42,912 nucleotides of DNA from Patescibacteria group bacterium (GCA_041917855.1 JAYRWT010000072.1:1-42912), one strand, 5' to 3'; positions 16,048 to 25,920 are shown, numbered from the stretch's first letter. A program made the numbers and translations. Notes: generated by a model not told the origin, from the sequence alone.

Positions 16048-16425
16048 CTAGTAACCCCACTGGTTCTGCCATTCGCGCATCTGGGAGATTTCCTTCTGCT
16101 GAGCAGAAATAATGTCGTCAGCCATCTTCTTGATCTCGTCGTGCTTGGCGTTCTTCTGGGCTTCCTTGGCCATCTCGACCGCACCCTGGTGGTGCTCGAT
16201 CATGGAGGAGAGGAAGGACTTGTCGAATTCATCACCAGACTTGCCCTTGAGCGTACCCATCATGTCGCCCATGCTCATGTCCATATGGCTGCCAGCGTTG
16301 CCACCGTTTTCATGCATCCCCATCATTCCCATCATGCCGTTATGGTTGAGTGAGGTCACGGCCAGGGTCAGGATGACGCCAGCCAGTAAGCCGATGATTC
16401 CGTAGAGTGCAGATTCCTTGTTCAT
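16048..16425 (-). CDS. DUF305-family protein with an N-terminal TM helix and a Met/His-rich segment
   Basis: The C-terminal IEHHQGAVEMAK...DIISAQQKEI pattern is DUF305-like. The segment MMGMMGMHENGGNAGSHMDMSMGDMMG suggests Cu(I) binding. Confidence 0.75.
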   Translation of the reverse strand: MNKESALYGIIGLLAGVILTLAVTSLNHNGMMGMMGMHENGGNAGSHMDMSMGDMMGTLKGKSGDEFDKSFLSSMIEHHQGAVEMAKEAQKNAKHDEIKKMADDIISAQQKEISQMREWQNQWGY

Positions 16426-16492
16426 GGTAATTTTTATTAGTTGTAATGCTAGTTCCAGTATACGCCGTTGGCCTGAAGCTGCTCCAGTGGCC

Positions 16493-17176
16493 CTACTTCG
16501 CCAGTTCCGCCTCGATAGCGTCGCGCAGCCCCTGGGTATACTTCACCTGCTTCCCGTTCACATAGAATGACGGTGTTCCTGTCACTCCCAAGGCCTCACC
16601 GTCGGCCAAATCACGGGAGAAGGTGTCGTTGTACCGGTTCTCATCGATTGCTTTTCGAACCTCATCCGCATTAATGCCCAACTCGCGGGCATATCCCACA
16701 ATGATATCTTCAGCCTGCTGCTTGGTTTTAGGGGTTGGCCCATCGGCACTCCACTGCTCCTGGTTCTCGAACAGCTTGTGGTGCATCTCCCAGAACTTGC
16801 CCTGCTTGCCGGCCTCTTCGGCGGCATTGTGCGCAATCTGGGCGTTCTTGTGGCTTGGAAGCGGGAAATTGCGGAAGACGAACTTCACGCTTTTGTCCTT
16901 ATACTCCTCCTCGATTTGTGTCACCTGGCCAAAGGCGAACTTGCAGGCCGGACACTGGTAATCGGCAAATTCAACTACCGTCACCTTGGCGTCTTTCGGC
17001 CCCAGGAAGTAACTGTCATCTCGCACTAACTGCCCGGCGTCGGCAAGGTCGGTAGCCGCTGAAGCCGGTCCGCTCGGATTGCTCTTTTCTGACTTAGCGG
17101 CGAACATAACCGCTCCGCCGATGAGAAGGACACAAAGTGCCCCGACTATACTTACTATCTTAACTTCGTTTGTCAT
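16493..17176 (-). CDS. DsbA/BdbD-type thiol:disulfide oxidoreductase (membrane-anchored)
   Basis: Thioredoxin-fold CPAC active site (YQCPACKF) and an N-terminal anchor. Confidence 0.85.
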   Translation of the reverse strand: MTNEVKIVSIVGALCVLLIGGAVMFAAKSEKSNPSGPASAATDLADAGQLVRDDSYFLGPKDAKVTVVEFADYQCPACKFAFGQVTQIEEEYKDKSVKFVFRNFPLPSHKNAQIAHNAAEEAGKQGKFWEMHHKLFENQEQWSADGPTPKTKQQAEDIIVGYARELGINADEVRKAIDENRYNDTFSRDLADGEALGVTGTPSFYVNGKQVKYTQGLRDAIEAELAK

Positions 17177-17615
17177 ATGGTTTGTTTAGGTAAATTGATA
17201 AGCCCATGGCGACTGTAATGAAGACGAAGGCCACGAGCGAGAGGAATGGAATGCTGATAAAGCCGAGCCACTCAATATATTTGGTCGTGCAGGACACCCC
17301 GAGGCTGCAGGGCGAGAGGGATTCAGTAATTACGCCCCAGGTCAGCAGGTTCTGGTACAGGGCAATGCCGGTACCGACAACTCCGAGTGGCAGAACATAG
17401 TACGGAAGGCGCTGGTCCCTCAGGATAATTCCTACCGCCATAATGAAGACGATCGGGTACATGAAGATCCGCTGCCACCAGCAGAGCGTACAGGGCGGGA
17501 AGTGCAAGATCTCGCTGAAATAAAGGCTCCCCAGCATCGAGGCGATGGCCGTAGCCCAGGAAAGGTACAGCAGCACCTTGATGACTAGCGCTTTGTTCTT
17601 CAGAATCCACTCCAC
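17160..17615 (-). CDS. DsbB/BdbC-type disulfide bond formation protein
   Basis: CTLCWWQR motif in the first loop, four TM helices and a second Cys pair (SPCSLGVSC). Confidence 0.85.
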   Translation of the reverse strand: MEWILKNKALVIKVLLYLSWATAIASMLGSLYFSEILHFPPCTLCWWQRIFMYPIVFIMAVGIILRDQRLPYYVLPLGVVGTGIALYQNLLTWGVITESLSPCSLGVSCTTKYIEWLGFISIPFLSLVAFVFITVAMGLSIYLNKPYDKRS

Positions 17616-17833
17616 TACGCCTCCTCTGGAAGATGGACGGTGTATTCCCCCAGCTCTTCGACCTCTTTCTTGAACGTCTGCCAGTCAACCGACCCGTCGT
17701 GTTCTATGAGGGTATTTCCACTCTCAAAGTCGACGGTGATCGATTGGATACCATGTTGCTCGCCTCCTACTTCTTCGATAAGCATCTTGCAGGCCTTGCA
17801 GTGGGTTCCTTGGATATGCAGTTCAGTTTTCAT
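17615..17833 (-). CDS. copZ: Heavy-metal-associated (HMA) copper chaperone, CopZ-like
   Basis: A 72-aa ferredoxin-like HMA domain with a GTHCKAC metal-binding loop. Confidence 0.8.
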   Translation of the reverse strand: MKTELHIQGTHCKACKMLIEEVGGEQHGIQSITVDFESGNTLIEHDGSVDWQTFKKEVEELGEYTVHLPEEA

Positions 17834-17843
17834 GGGTAATAAG

Positions 17844-19679
17844 TTAGCTAATGGTAATGTCGGCGACCGGTACGCCCATTGGGCAGGTAAGGTTCAGCTC
17901 GCCGGTCTTGGTCGGGGTGAAGTTGATCTGGTTCTTGCCCATCTTCAGCCGCTGGCCGATGTCGTAGTCAGAACCAACCACCGTATCCATGCAGCCGCTT
18001 ACGTCGGCCTGCACGTCAATCTCCAGGATGACGGGAATGCCTTTCTTAACCTTGAAGGTATTCGGGTAGAAGCCCCGCTCGTAAGTCACGGTCATGTTCA
18101 GCTTCTGCACCTCGCCGCTCGCTGCCGCTGGTGCGCTTGAGGCGGAAGGTAGGGGGGAAGCCGGGGTGTAATTCAGAGGAGTGGCACTAGCTGCCGCATC
18201 CGTGGTAGCCACGACGGTGATAGCAGCCCCTCTTGTGGTCATTCCCATCGAGCAGCTAAACGGGAAAGTACCTGTCTTATCAGGAGTAAACTCGACCGTC
18301 TTCGTGCCGCTTCGAGGCAGGACAGCAGAGATGTCAAACCCATCAGCTACCAGGCTTCTGGCACATCCCGCTGCCCCACTCCCCTCGATTCGCCACTCCA
18401 CCGGTACTCCTTGCCGGACGGTAAACTTGGCCGGTTCGTACTGGTAACCCTTCACCTTCATGGTGATGACCTGCTTGCCATTCTCCATTGGTGGAAGATC
18501 GGAAGCAGCAGTAGCCTGCTCCGAAGCCGTAGTGTTGGCCAGAATCGTTCCCAGGCTAATATTCGTACCAGCCAGAGCGAGTCCGTTCCCGATATTCGAG
18601 AGCCCAAGCAGCACCACGACCACCCCTGCGAAGCGGAAGAAATGCCGCTGAGTCGCACCCTTCAGGAAACTGGACAGCGCCGAAAGCGACATCAGGGCCG
18701 GAAGCGTCCCGAGGGAGAAGAAGAACATGGTCAGCGCTCCCACCGTAAAGCTACCCTGCGAAAGCACGTACAACTGCAGGGCCTGGGTAAAGCCGCAGGG
18801 CAGGAAGAAGGTGGCAGCCCCCAGGCCGAACGGTGCCGCCGGATGGTCGGAATTGCTGGAAGCGTCATGGACCCGGTGGGCGATGAACTTAGGCATCTTA
18901 GGCTGGAAACGGCGGAGCTGCGGGAAGATATTCAGAAGCTGGAAGCCCAGGAACACCATGATAAGGCTGGCGGCGATGGTCATCACTCCAGTCATGCGGG
19001 TGGAGAGGGTAAAGACCGATCCTACCGCCCCCACCAATCCTCCGAAAACGGTGTAGCCGATCACCCGACCAGCATTGAAGTAGAGGTGCGGCCGAAACTT
19101 CTTTATCCCCTCCATCTCGGGATGGGCTTCGGCGTAGCGTCCGGCTACGGCGAGCAGCAGGCCGCCAGTCACGGCAATACAGCTGGAAACCGCCGCCACC
19201 AAACCGATAAGAAACACAAAGCCGTAACTCATGTTCTCGCCCACGCTCAAGCCCTCAGGAATGAGCCTGAACTTGCTCAGGATTAGGTATGCACCCATCA
19301 CGATCAGGAATACCCAGAAGGTTTCCTTGTAGTCCTGGGCAGTCGTTTTGTGGACAGCCGGTTTCTTCTCACCTGGCCTCTGCTGGAAGGACGTTACGGT
19401 ATACTCGGTACCCTCTAACGCTTCCTGGAGCTGGTTAAGGTGCGGACGGCGGGAGTACCCCACGTCCACCCTGCCGGTAGCATGGTTGACCTTTACCGAA
19501 TCGATTCCCTCGATTTTCTTGAACTTTCTCTCAATGAGCACCTCGCAGCTGGCGCAGTGGGTACCGTGAACGGAAACGCACATCGTCCCGGGGCTTTCCT
19601 CCTGGGAGTAGTAGGCGCTTGGTTCCTGGTAGCTGACCTGCTGTCTGTGCTTTTTCTTGTGTCGATGTTTCTTGCTCAT
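17844..19679 (-). CDS. Fusion protein: HMA domain, TauE/SafE- or DsbD_2-type membrane domain, and two cupredoxin-like domains
   Basis: HMA loop GTHCASCE, about 7 TM helices, and two C-terminal repeats ending in SCSMGM and TCPMGV. The ATG at 19679 (MSKKHRHKKKH) is preferred over the TTG at 19706. Confidence 0.8.
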   Translation of the reverse strand: MSKKHRHKKKHRQQVSYQEPSAYYSQEESPGTMCVSVHGTHCASCEVLIERKFKKIEGIDSVKVNHATGRVDVGYSRRPHLNQLQEALEGTEYTVTSFQQRPGEKKPAVHKTTAQDYKETFWVFLIVMGAYLILSKFRLIPEGLSVGENMSYGFVFLIGLVAAVSSCIAVTGGLLLAVAGRYAEAHPEMEGIKKFRPHLYFNAGRVIGYTVFGGLVGAVGSVFTLSTRMTGVMTIAASLIMVFLGFQLLNIFPQLRRFQPKMPKFIAHRVHDASSNSDHPAAPFGLGAATFFLPCGFTQALQLYVLSQGSFTVGALTMFFFSLGTLPALMSLSALSSFLKGATQRHFFRFAGVVVVLLGLSNIGNGLALAGTNISLGTILANTTASEQATAASDLPPMENGKQVITMKVKGYQYEPAKFTVRQGVPVEWRIEGSGAAGCARSLVADGFDISAVLPRSGTKTVEFTPDKTGTFPFSCSMGMTTRGAAITVVATTDAAASATPLNYTPASPLPSASSAPAAASGEVQKLNMTVTYERGFYPNTFKVKKGIPVILEIDVQADVSGCMDTVVGSDYDIGQRLKMGKNQINFTPTKTGELNLTCPMGVPVADITIS

Positions 19680-19745
19680 AAAAATTACGCTTAATGAAAT
19701 TAGCAAAAGGAGCCTCTTACCAAAGAGGTCTCAGTCTGTAATTCC

Positions 19746-20186
19746 TTAAGCGTAGAGCAGCGGCTGAGCCTTGCCGGCCGCTAAGAAGAGAGCGAAGTAG
19801 TCGTGAAGGTTATCGTCAGGCGGATCCTTGCTTCCGTGAACGAAGCGAACATACAGCAGCGACTTGATATCAAACGGTGCGAAGATGAGCGTCGCAACCA
19901 AGATAGCGGCAAATAGTGCCAACATTCCCAGGATCGAACTGCTGCCTGGGATTCCGGTAAATGTACTCTGCCACCAGGCCAGATGCTCCCCTACTTGCAT
20001 TGGACAGATCCGAGGCGCTCCGCCGTGGGCCTCGTGGCTTGCGGTAGATGCCATCGAGCAGGCCACTTCGACATTGGCCATTCCTCCCATGTCCAGGCTG
20101 ACCAGGCCAACCAGCAGGAAAGCTGCCGCCGTGAATGCGGCAAGCGACCTTACGAACTTAAGTTTACTGGCAATGCGGTTAAACAT
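19746..20186 (-). CDS. Hypothetical membrane protein with a Cys/His/Met-rich loop
   Basis: Two TM segments flank ACSMASTASHEAHGGAPRICPMQ. It lies within the copper cluster. Confidence 0.6.
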   Translation of the reverse strand: MFNRIASKLKFVRSLAAFTAAAFLLVGLVSLDMGGMANVEVACSMASTASHEAHGGAPRICPMQVGEHLAWWQSTFTGIPGSSSILGMLALFAAILVATLIFAPFDIKSLLYVRFVHGSKDPPDDNLHDYFALFLAAGKAQPLLYA

Positions 20187-20224
20187 GGAAAGTATTTTGT
20201 TGGCCCTATTATACCACCTTTTGC

Positions 20225-20443
20225 CTAGGCCTGCTTCTTTTCCGTATCCGAGTGGCAGTCTTCGTGACCGTTTTTATTCATGAAAACCATTCCTATGAGC
20301 ATCGAGACCGGACAGATGGCTAGCACCGCAAAGGGAGCGAGAGCCACGATGCCGCTCCGCACCCCTGGGAATAGAAGGTAGCCGAGGGCAAGCGCAAGGC
20401 CTGCCCCGATAGCTACTTTGATCATGGTTTTTGGACTGCACAT
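20225..20443 (-). CDS. Small membrane protein, DUF2933-like
   Basis: A 72-aa protein with two TM helices, an internal CP motif and a His/Cys tail (GHEDCHSD), as recalled for DUF2933 proteins in metal-resistance loci. Confidence 0.55.
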   Translation of the reverse strand: MCSPKTMIKVAIGAGLALALGYLLFPGVRSGIVALAPFAVLAICPVSMLIGMVFMNKNGHEDCHSDTEKKQA

Positions 20444-20453
20444 ATACCCTCCT

Positions 20454-23400
20454 TTACTTAGCTAATGCGGTTTGCTGCGGCATCTGGAAGCCAGTCCCCA
20501 CGAAGTGCATGGAATCCAGGTCGGTCTTAGTCTCGGGAAGCACTCCAGCCACGATTACGTCCTGGCCGAAGAACCCTCGGATGATGTCGCCCTCATTTTT
20601 GAACAGCTTCTCATCCTGCATCATCTTCGCCTCCTTGGCTCCGATGTAGACCGGTACCAGGCGGGCCGATCCGACCGCTACGGGCTGGAGTCCGGCTTCG
20701 CTTACGTTTCCGGCGAGCTTCTCGGGAACGTTGCCGCCATTCACGATGTAGAACAGCTTGGGAACGCCCTGGTTAAGCAGTACCGGCAGATCGGCAGACG
20801 CCTGTATCTTCCCGTAGGTGGACTTACCCATGATGTGGTAGCTGTCGATCTCGGTTCCCGTAGGCTCCAGGATGCCGACCACCTTCATGCTAGGTACTCC
20901 GAAGAAGTTCTGGATGGTATCGCCAGGCCCCTTGATAAGGCCTTCCTCTATCATCATGGCCGCTTCAGATGAACCGATTATCATTTCGTCGTTATCAGAA
21001 AGCTTGGTCGTGCCCTCCTTCGCCTTCATGATCTGGGTATCGATCGTTTCCGTACCAAGGAACAGCTTAGGAGTGCCTTCGGCGAACGCGACTTTGCTCT
21101 GGCCAGCAGTAAGGTAGTTGCCCGCCTGCCTAATGGTCTTTGCAGAAGCAACCACAGTACCCATACCTCCCTCATCCATGCGGGAGCTGAACCGGGCGAA
21201 CTCGAAGAACATGCCGGAGAAGGCAATCACCATTACGAGCGGGGCAAGCTGGGATACCCAGTTGCGGCGTCCCGGCCGGTAATAGCGGAGGGTCAGTGAG
21301 TTGGCCACCACCGAGATCGAAGAAAGGGCCATGGCCAGTCCTGCCAGCTCCGGCTTCAATACCAGACCGAAGGCGGCAAACACGCGGGCGGCAATCGGAA
21401 TGCCCATCACGTTGTAGAAGAGGGCGAAGAACATGTTCTGCTTGATCTTGGCCATCGTCTCTTTAGACAGCCGAATGGCGTTCACCACGTCGTTCAGATC
21501 GTTCTTGATTATGACGATTCCGCCGGCCTCCATGGCTACGTCGGTACCTGAGCCCATGGCAATGCCGAGGTCTGCTTGGGCAAGGGCTGGAGCATCATTA
21601 ATGCCGTCCCCTACCATGGCGACTTTCTTACCTGCAGCCTGTAGTTTCTTGACTTCGTTGGCCTTGTCCTCAGGCAGCACTTCGGCCAGGACGTTCCTGA
21701 TGCCGACTTGCGAGGCAATGGCCTCGGCCGTGCGCCGGTTGTCTCCGGTAATCATATAAACCTCGATTCCCATCTTCTGGAGCTTGGCTACCGCCTGGGC
21801 AGACGTATCCTTTACCGTATCGGCTACAGCCACCACCCCGATCACCTCTTCTTTCGTAGAGAGGATCATGGCGGTCTTGCCCTGCTCCTCAAGCCGGGTC
21901 ACCTTGCGGGAGATGCGGCTCAGGTCATGGTTCAACACCTCCTCGGCAAGCCTGCGGTTGCCAAAGTAATAGAGAGTTCCGTTTACAATGCCTTGCACGC
22001 CATGGCCGGGTATTGCCTGGAAGTCGGTAACCTCATCAAGCGTTACGCCTTCTTCGCCCGCATAGGAATAGATGGCTTCGGCCAAAGGGTGCTCGGACGA
22101 CTTTTCAAGCGAAGCGGCAACCGTGAGCACCTCGTCCTCGTCGCTTGATCCGAAGCTTAGGATATCGGTCACCTCGGGCTTTCCCTTGGTGATGGTGCCG
22201 GTCTTGTCGAATATGACGGCGTTCACCCGGTAGGCAGTTTCCAGCGGCTCGCCTCCTTTTACCAAGATGCCGTGCTCAGCACCTTTACCCGTGCCTACCA
22301 TGATGGCAGTAGGAGTGGCCAAGCCTAGGGCGCAAGGGCAGGCGATCACGATCACCGCCGTGAAGGCCATGAGGGCGAATCCAATACTTGCGCCTAGCAG
22401 GAAGTACCATACTAGGAAGGTAAGGATGGCTACGCCGATAACGGCCGGGACGAACCAGGAGGATATCTTGTCGGCAAATGCCTGGATTGGTGCCTTTGAT
22501 CCCTGGGCATCCTCAATCAGCCGAATGATCTGGGCCAGAGCGGTTTCCGACCCTACCCGGGTTGCCCGGAATTCGAAGCTTCCCGTCTTGTTTATGGTCG
22601 CACCGGTTACGGTGTCGCCTTCCCGCTTCTCAACGGGCATGGACTCGCCGGTAAGCATGGACTCGTCCACGGCCGATGAACCCTTGGTGACCACGCCGTC
22701 TACCGGCACCTTTTCCCCTGGCCGTACCAACACGATGTCCCCCTCGACTACCTCTTCAACCGAGATGTCGTAGGTTTCGCCATCCCGGATAACCCGGGCC
22801 GTCTTGGCTTGCAGTCCCATCAGCCGCTTGATGGCGTCAGAGGTGCGGGCCTTGGCCTTCAGCTCGAGCAGCTTACCAAGCAGCACGAAGGTAATGAGGA
22901 AGGCGGCCGTTTCGAAATAGATTTCCGGAATCTTCCCGGCAAGCCCTATCAAGGAGTTATATTTGAACACGTAGGCCAAGAAGTTGAAGAGACTGTAAAA
23001 GTAGGCGGTGGATGTTCCAATGGCGATTAAAGAGTCCATGTTAAAGGTACGCATCCGCAGTGCCGACCACATGCCCTTGTAGAATCCCACCCCGGCAATA
23101 AATTGGACTGGCGTCGCAAGGATCAGGGAGATTATCGCGAAGTACGGAGCAATCGAGGCGGTACCGGGTAACCACTTAAAGAAGTCGGTAAACATGAAGT
23201 ACAGCATCGGCAGAGAGAAGAGGAAACTGAACCAGAACTTGCCCTGCAGCTTCTTCAGTTCGAATGCTCGCTTACGGTTTTCGAATTCGCTATCCTTTTC
23301 CTCAAGTACTGCAGCCTTGTAGCCAGCTTTCTGAACAGCGGCAGTAAGGTCGCTTAACGAAGCAGAATTCTCATCAAAGATTACGGCAGCCTTCTCGGCG

Positions 23401-24026
23401 GCAAAGTTAACGTTGGCCTGAGAAACCCCTGGCACCTTTTTCAGACCACGCTCAATGAGCGTGGCACAGGAAGAGCAGTGCATTCCAGATAATGAGAGTG
23501 CAACTTTACGGCGAGGATTCTTTTCTTCCGAATCGTTATCTTCGTGGGTGACCACATGGCCTGCGCCCTCTTCTTTTTGGGGCGCACCGAGTGAGCGCTC
23601 AATAGCCGTAGGAACACTAAGCAGCTGTACTAGCCGATCCAATACCCCTTTAGCGGAAGACGGCTGAATATCCAGACTCTTCTCGTTCTTTATTTCCCCA
23701 TCAAAATAGGGGTTTCCTCCCGCGTCGGTTCGGACAACCCCCTTTGCTTCAATGGTAGATTCAAGCCGGATCGACACCTGCTCGGCAGGTTCTTCGGTAT
23801 GTTGCTCAACGGACTGCACCTTGGCCGTGTAGCCGGTATCCTTGATGGCGGCCAAAACTTCTTTTTCCGAGGTGAGGTCTGAGTTTACGCTGACGGTTCC
23901 CGATCCTCCGGGAACGTCGACAGTAACTTCCCCTACTCCGGGAAGCTCGGAGAGGCTGCGCTTGATGAGCTTCTCGCAGGAGGAGCAGTGCATGCCTTCG
24001 ATTGATAATGTAAGGGTCTGGGTCAT
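20454..24026 (-). CDS. copA: Copper-translocating P1B-1 ATPase CopA with two N-terminal HMA domains and a C-terminal extension of about 270 aa
   Basis: GMHCSSCE occurs twice. [17 protein letters not shown] and [10 protein letters not shown] are present. After the last canonical TM there is an extra TM and a duplicated soluble module (20457-21269). Confidence 0.93.
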   Translation of the reverse strand: MTQTLTLSIEGMHCSSCEKLIKRSLSELPGVGEVTVDVPGGSGTVSVNSDLTSEKEVLAAIKDTGYTAKVQSVEQHTEEPAEQVSIRLESTIEAKGVVRTDAGGNPYFDGEIKNEKSLDIQPSSAKGVLDRLVQLLSVPTAIERSLGAPQKEEGAGHVVTHEDNDSEEKNPRRKVALSLSGMHCSSCATLIERGLKKVPGVSQANVNFAAEKAAVIFDENSASLSDLTAAVQKAGYKAAVLEEKDSEFENRKRAFELKKLQGKFWFSFLFSLPMLYFMFTDFFKWLPGTASIAPYFAIISLILATPVQFIAGVGFYKGMWSALRMRTFNMDSLIAIGTSTAYFYSLFNFLAYVFKYNSLIGLAGKIPEIYFETAAFLITFVLLGKLLELKAKARTSDAIKRLMGLQAKTARVIRDGETYDISVEEVVEGDIVLVRPGEKVPVDGVVTKGSSAVDESMLTGESMPVEKREGDTVTGATINKTGSFEFRATRVGSETALAQIIRLIEDAQGSKAPIQAFADKISSWFVPAVIGVAILTFLVWYFLLGASIGFALMAFTAVIVIACPCALGLATPTAIMVGTGKGAEHGILVKGGEPLETAYRVNAVIFDKTGTITKGKPEVTDILSFGSSDEDEVLTVAASLEKSSEHPLAEAIYSYAGEEGVTLDEVTDFQAIPGHGVQGIVNGTLYYFGNRRLAEEVLNHDLSRISRKVTRLEEQGKTAMILSTKEEVIGVVAVADTVKDTSAQAVAKLQKMGIEVYMITGDNRRTAEAIASQVGIRNVLAEVLPEDKANEVKKLQAAGKKVAMVGDGINDAPALAQADLGIAMGSGTDVAMEAGGIVIIKNDLNDVVNAIRLSKETMAKIKQNMFFALFYNVMGIPIAARVFAAFGLVLKPELAGLAMALSSISVVANSLTLRYYRPGRRNWVSQLAPLVMVIAFSGMFFEFARFSSRMDEGGMGTVVASAKTIRQAGNYLTAGQSKVAFAEGTPKLFLGTETIDTQIMKAKEGTTKLSDNDEMIIGSSEAAMMIEEGLIKGPGDTIQNFFGVPSMKVVGILEPTGTEIDSYHIMGKSTYGKIQASADLPVLLNQGVPKLFYIVNGGNVPEKLAGNVSEAGLQPVAVGSARLVPVYIGAKEAKMMQDEKLFKNEGDIIRGFFGQDVIVAGVLPETKTDLDSMHFVGTGFQMPQQTALAK

Positions 24027-24040
24027 ATGTTCCTTACCTA

Positions 24041-24057
24041 TACCTATGGTGTGGGTA
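24041..24057 (-). promoter_or_regulatory. Imperfect CsoR-type operator just upstream of copA
   Basis: TACCTATGGTGTGGGTA differs at 2 positions from the palindrome at 24401-24417 and ends 15 nt before the copA ATG. Confidence 0.4.
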
Positions 24058-24102
24058 CGATTATGGGTAAATAAAATGGGTTAGAAAGATTCATCGCTCG
24101 GC

Positions 24103-24375
24103 TTACTTGTTTGCGAGCTTAGTGACCTGGAGGATCTCGGCGATCATCGCCTGCTTCCGCTCAGGAGTGTCTGCCTCGACGGATTCGCGCAGGCAGTGGT
24201 TCAGGTGGTTCTCCAAAAGGGTTGAGTGGGCGGACCGAAGGAGGCCGAGCACAGCCAGGTTCTGCTGAATGATATCGATGCAGTACTCGTCTTCCTCTAC
24301 CATTTTTATTACTTTTCCAAGGTGGGTATGTGCCTTCTTGAGGGCGGTCATAATCCGTTCGTCAGGTTGATGCAT
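24103..24375 (-). CDS. csoR: CsoR/RcnR-family metal-sensing transcriptional repressor
   Basis: A 90-aa all-helical protein with Cys (YCIDI) and the ...NHLNHC pattern, matching the CsoR C-H-C ligand set. It lies directly upstream of copA. Confidence 0.85.
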   Translation of the reverse strand: MHQPDERIMTALKKAHTHLGKVIKMVEEDEYCIDIIQQNLAVLGLLRSAHSTLLENHLNHCLRESVEADTPERKQAMIAEILQVTKLANK

Positions 24376-24400
24376 GGGGTGAGTGTTAGTTTGTATATAC

Positions 24401-24417
24401 TACCTATACCATAGGTA
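24401..24417 (-). promoter_or_regulatory. Palindromic operator 1 in the csoR promoter
   Basis: TACCTAT-acc-ATAGGTA, with perfect 7-bp arms. Confidence 0.55.
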
Positions 24418-24430
24418 TGGGTTATTTGCA

Positions 24431-24449
24431 ATACCTACCCCCTAGGTAT
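24431..24449 (-). promoter_or_regulatory. CsoR-type operator 2 (inverted repeat around a C5 tract)
   Basis: ATACCTA-CCCCC-TAGGTAT. This is the TACC..G/C tract..GGTA architecture recalled for CsoR operators. A TTGCAA -35-like hexamer on the minus strand lies at 24429-24424. Confidence 0.6.
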
Positions 24450-24450
24450 C

Positions 24451-25737
24451 CTAGCTAAGTATTACTTTCCCTCCTAATAACTTTAGCTGGGCCTGAAGCA
24501 TTCCAAGAATATCCTTCCGCTCCTCATGGCTTCCCTGAGATAGAACGAACCGGGCGTAATTTCTATAGTTCTCAATGCCGAGTTCACTCTTCAATTCCTG
24601 ATTTGCACTAAATACGCCGGAGGTGAACATGGAAAACCGCTTCATCTCGCCCATCAGCTTTGACTTCATGGCCGCCTCGTCAAATGGTACCTGGTCAATA
24701 AGCTCCAGCAATTGTTTCGATAATTCTTCTTCCCTGATATATGGTTCCCTGCACGGAGTTTCTCCTTTGTTTGTACAGTGGTAGTAGATATACTTCGATA
24801 CCGACCCGTTCTTCAGCTTCTTATGCTTTTCCGAGGCCGTGATGCCGTAGCCGCAGTTTCCGCAGCGCATGAATTTGGTGAAGGCAAACTCCCGACTTCC
24901 TGGCCGGAGCTTCGGAGCGGTAGTTAAGGCCTGCCTCGCCTGCAAGAAGAGCTCCTTGGTAATGATCGGGTCGTGGCTGCCCTTGTACAGCTTCCCGCTT
25001 CCTACCGGGTATTCGAACTCGCCGTGGTAGAAGGGGTTCTCCAGTATCTTGTAGACCATCGAGAGGCAGAGCTTCTTATCATTTTTGGTGCGGAGCAATC
25101 TTTCTTGATTCAAGAATCTAAGCAAGGGTCTACCGGTCACCCCCTCGTAGGCAACCTTCTCGAACATTTCCCTGATGATCGGTGCCCTTGCCGGATCCAC
25201 AAGAACCGTCTTCGACCCTCTCGGAGCATACCGCTGATTTAAGTAGCCGATGGGAGCCTGACAGGGGCGCCAGCCGTTCTCGCACTTGGTCTTCATGCCT
25301 CTTAGGATATTCTTCGCCCGGTTGTCGTTCTCTAATTTTGCCTGACTGCAGAGGATCATGAGAAGGAACTTGTCATTAGGAGTGTTCCTGAAAACCTGCC
25401 CCGGCGTCTGGATGGCCAAGAGCTTTCCCGAATCCATCAGGTCTACCAGCATCCCGAGGTCCCCGGCATTTCTAGAGAGCCGGTCAGGCGCCCAGGTGAG
25501 AATGGCATTAAACTTTCCCGCTTTTACGTCCGCTACCACCGTATTGAATACCGGACGATTACCTGATGCCTTAGCCGAGTGGCTTTCCTGCCTGGTTTCA
25601 ATGACATTCAGACCCTGCTGCTCGGCGACTACTCCCATCTCCTTGATCTGCGAATCGATGGAGAGCATCTGGCGCTCTTCCGATTCGCTGCTCTTCCTCG
25701 CGTAGAGGACATACTTTAACTCTGGCTCTTCCGGCAT
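24451..25737 (-). CDS. Large serine recombinase B
   Basis: YARKSSESEERQ..SIDSQ, WAPDRLSRN and CGNCG..YYHC. The ATG at 25737 (MPEEPELKYVLYARK) aligns with the start of paralog A; the GTG at 25857 would add 40 unmatched residues. Confidence 0.92.
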   Translation of the reverse strand: MPEEPELKYVLYARKSSESEERQMLSIDSQIKEMGVVAEQQGLNVIETRQESHSAKASGNRPVFNTVVADVKAGKFNAILTWAPDRLSRNAGDLGMLVDLMDSGKLLAIQTPGQVFRNTPNDKFLLMILCSQAKLENDNRAKNILRGMKTKCENGWRPCQAPIGYLNQRYAPRGSKTVLVDPARAPIIREMFEKVAYEGVTGRPLLRFLNQERLLRTKNDKKLCLSMVYKILENPFYHGEFEYPVGSGKLYKGSHDPIITKELFLQARQALTTAPKLRPGSREFAFTKFMRCGNCGYGITASEKHKKLKNGSVSKYIYYHCTNKGETPCREPYIREEELSKQLLELIDQVPFDEAAMKSKLMGEMKRFSMFTSGVFSANQELKSELGIENYRNYARFVLSQGSHEERKDILGMLQAQLKLLGGKVILS

Positions 25738-25920
25738 ATGGCTTTGCTTACTTCTAGCTATACCAATCAATGCCCTGAAGGACTTACTAAGTCCAGGCAA
25801 ATTCCAGGTTGGAACCGCCTTTTGTGACCCTACAACTCGATCGCTTAGTACCTCCACCCCGCCCTAACAGCCAATACAATAGGAAGGGTGCAATTAAAGC
25901 TCCTACAGGTTAAAAAGATT

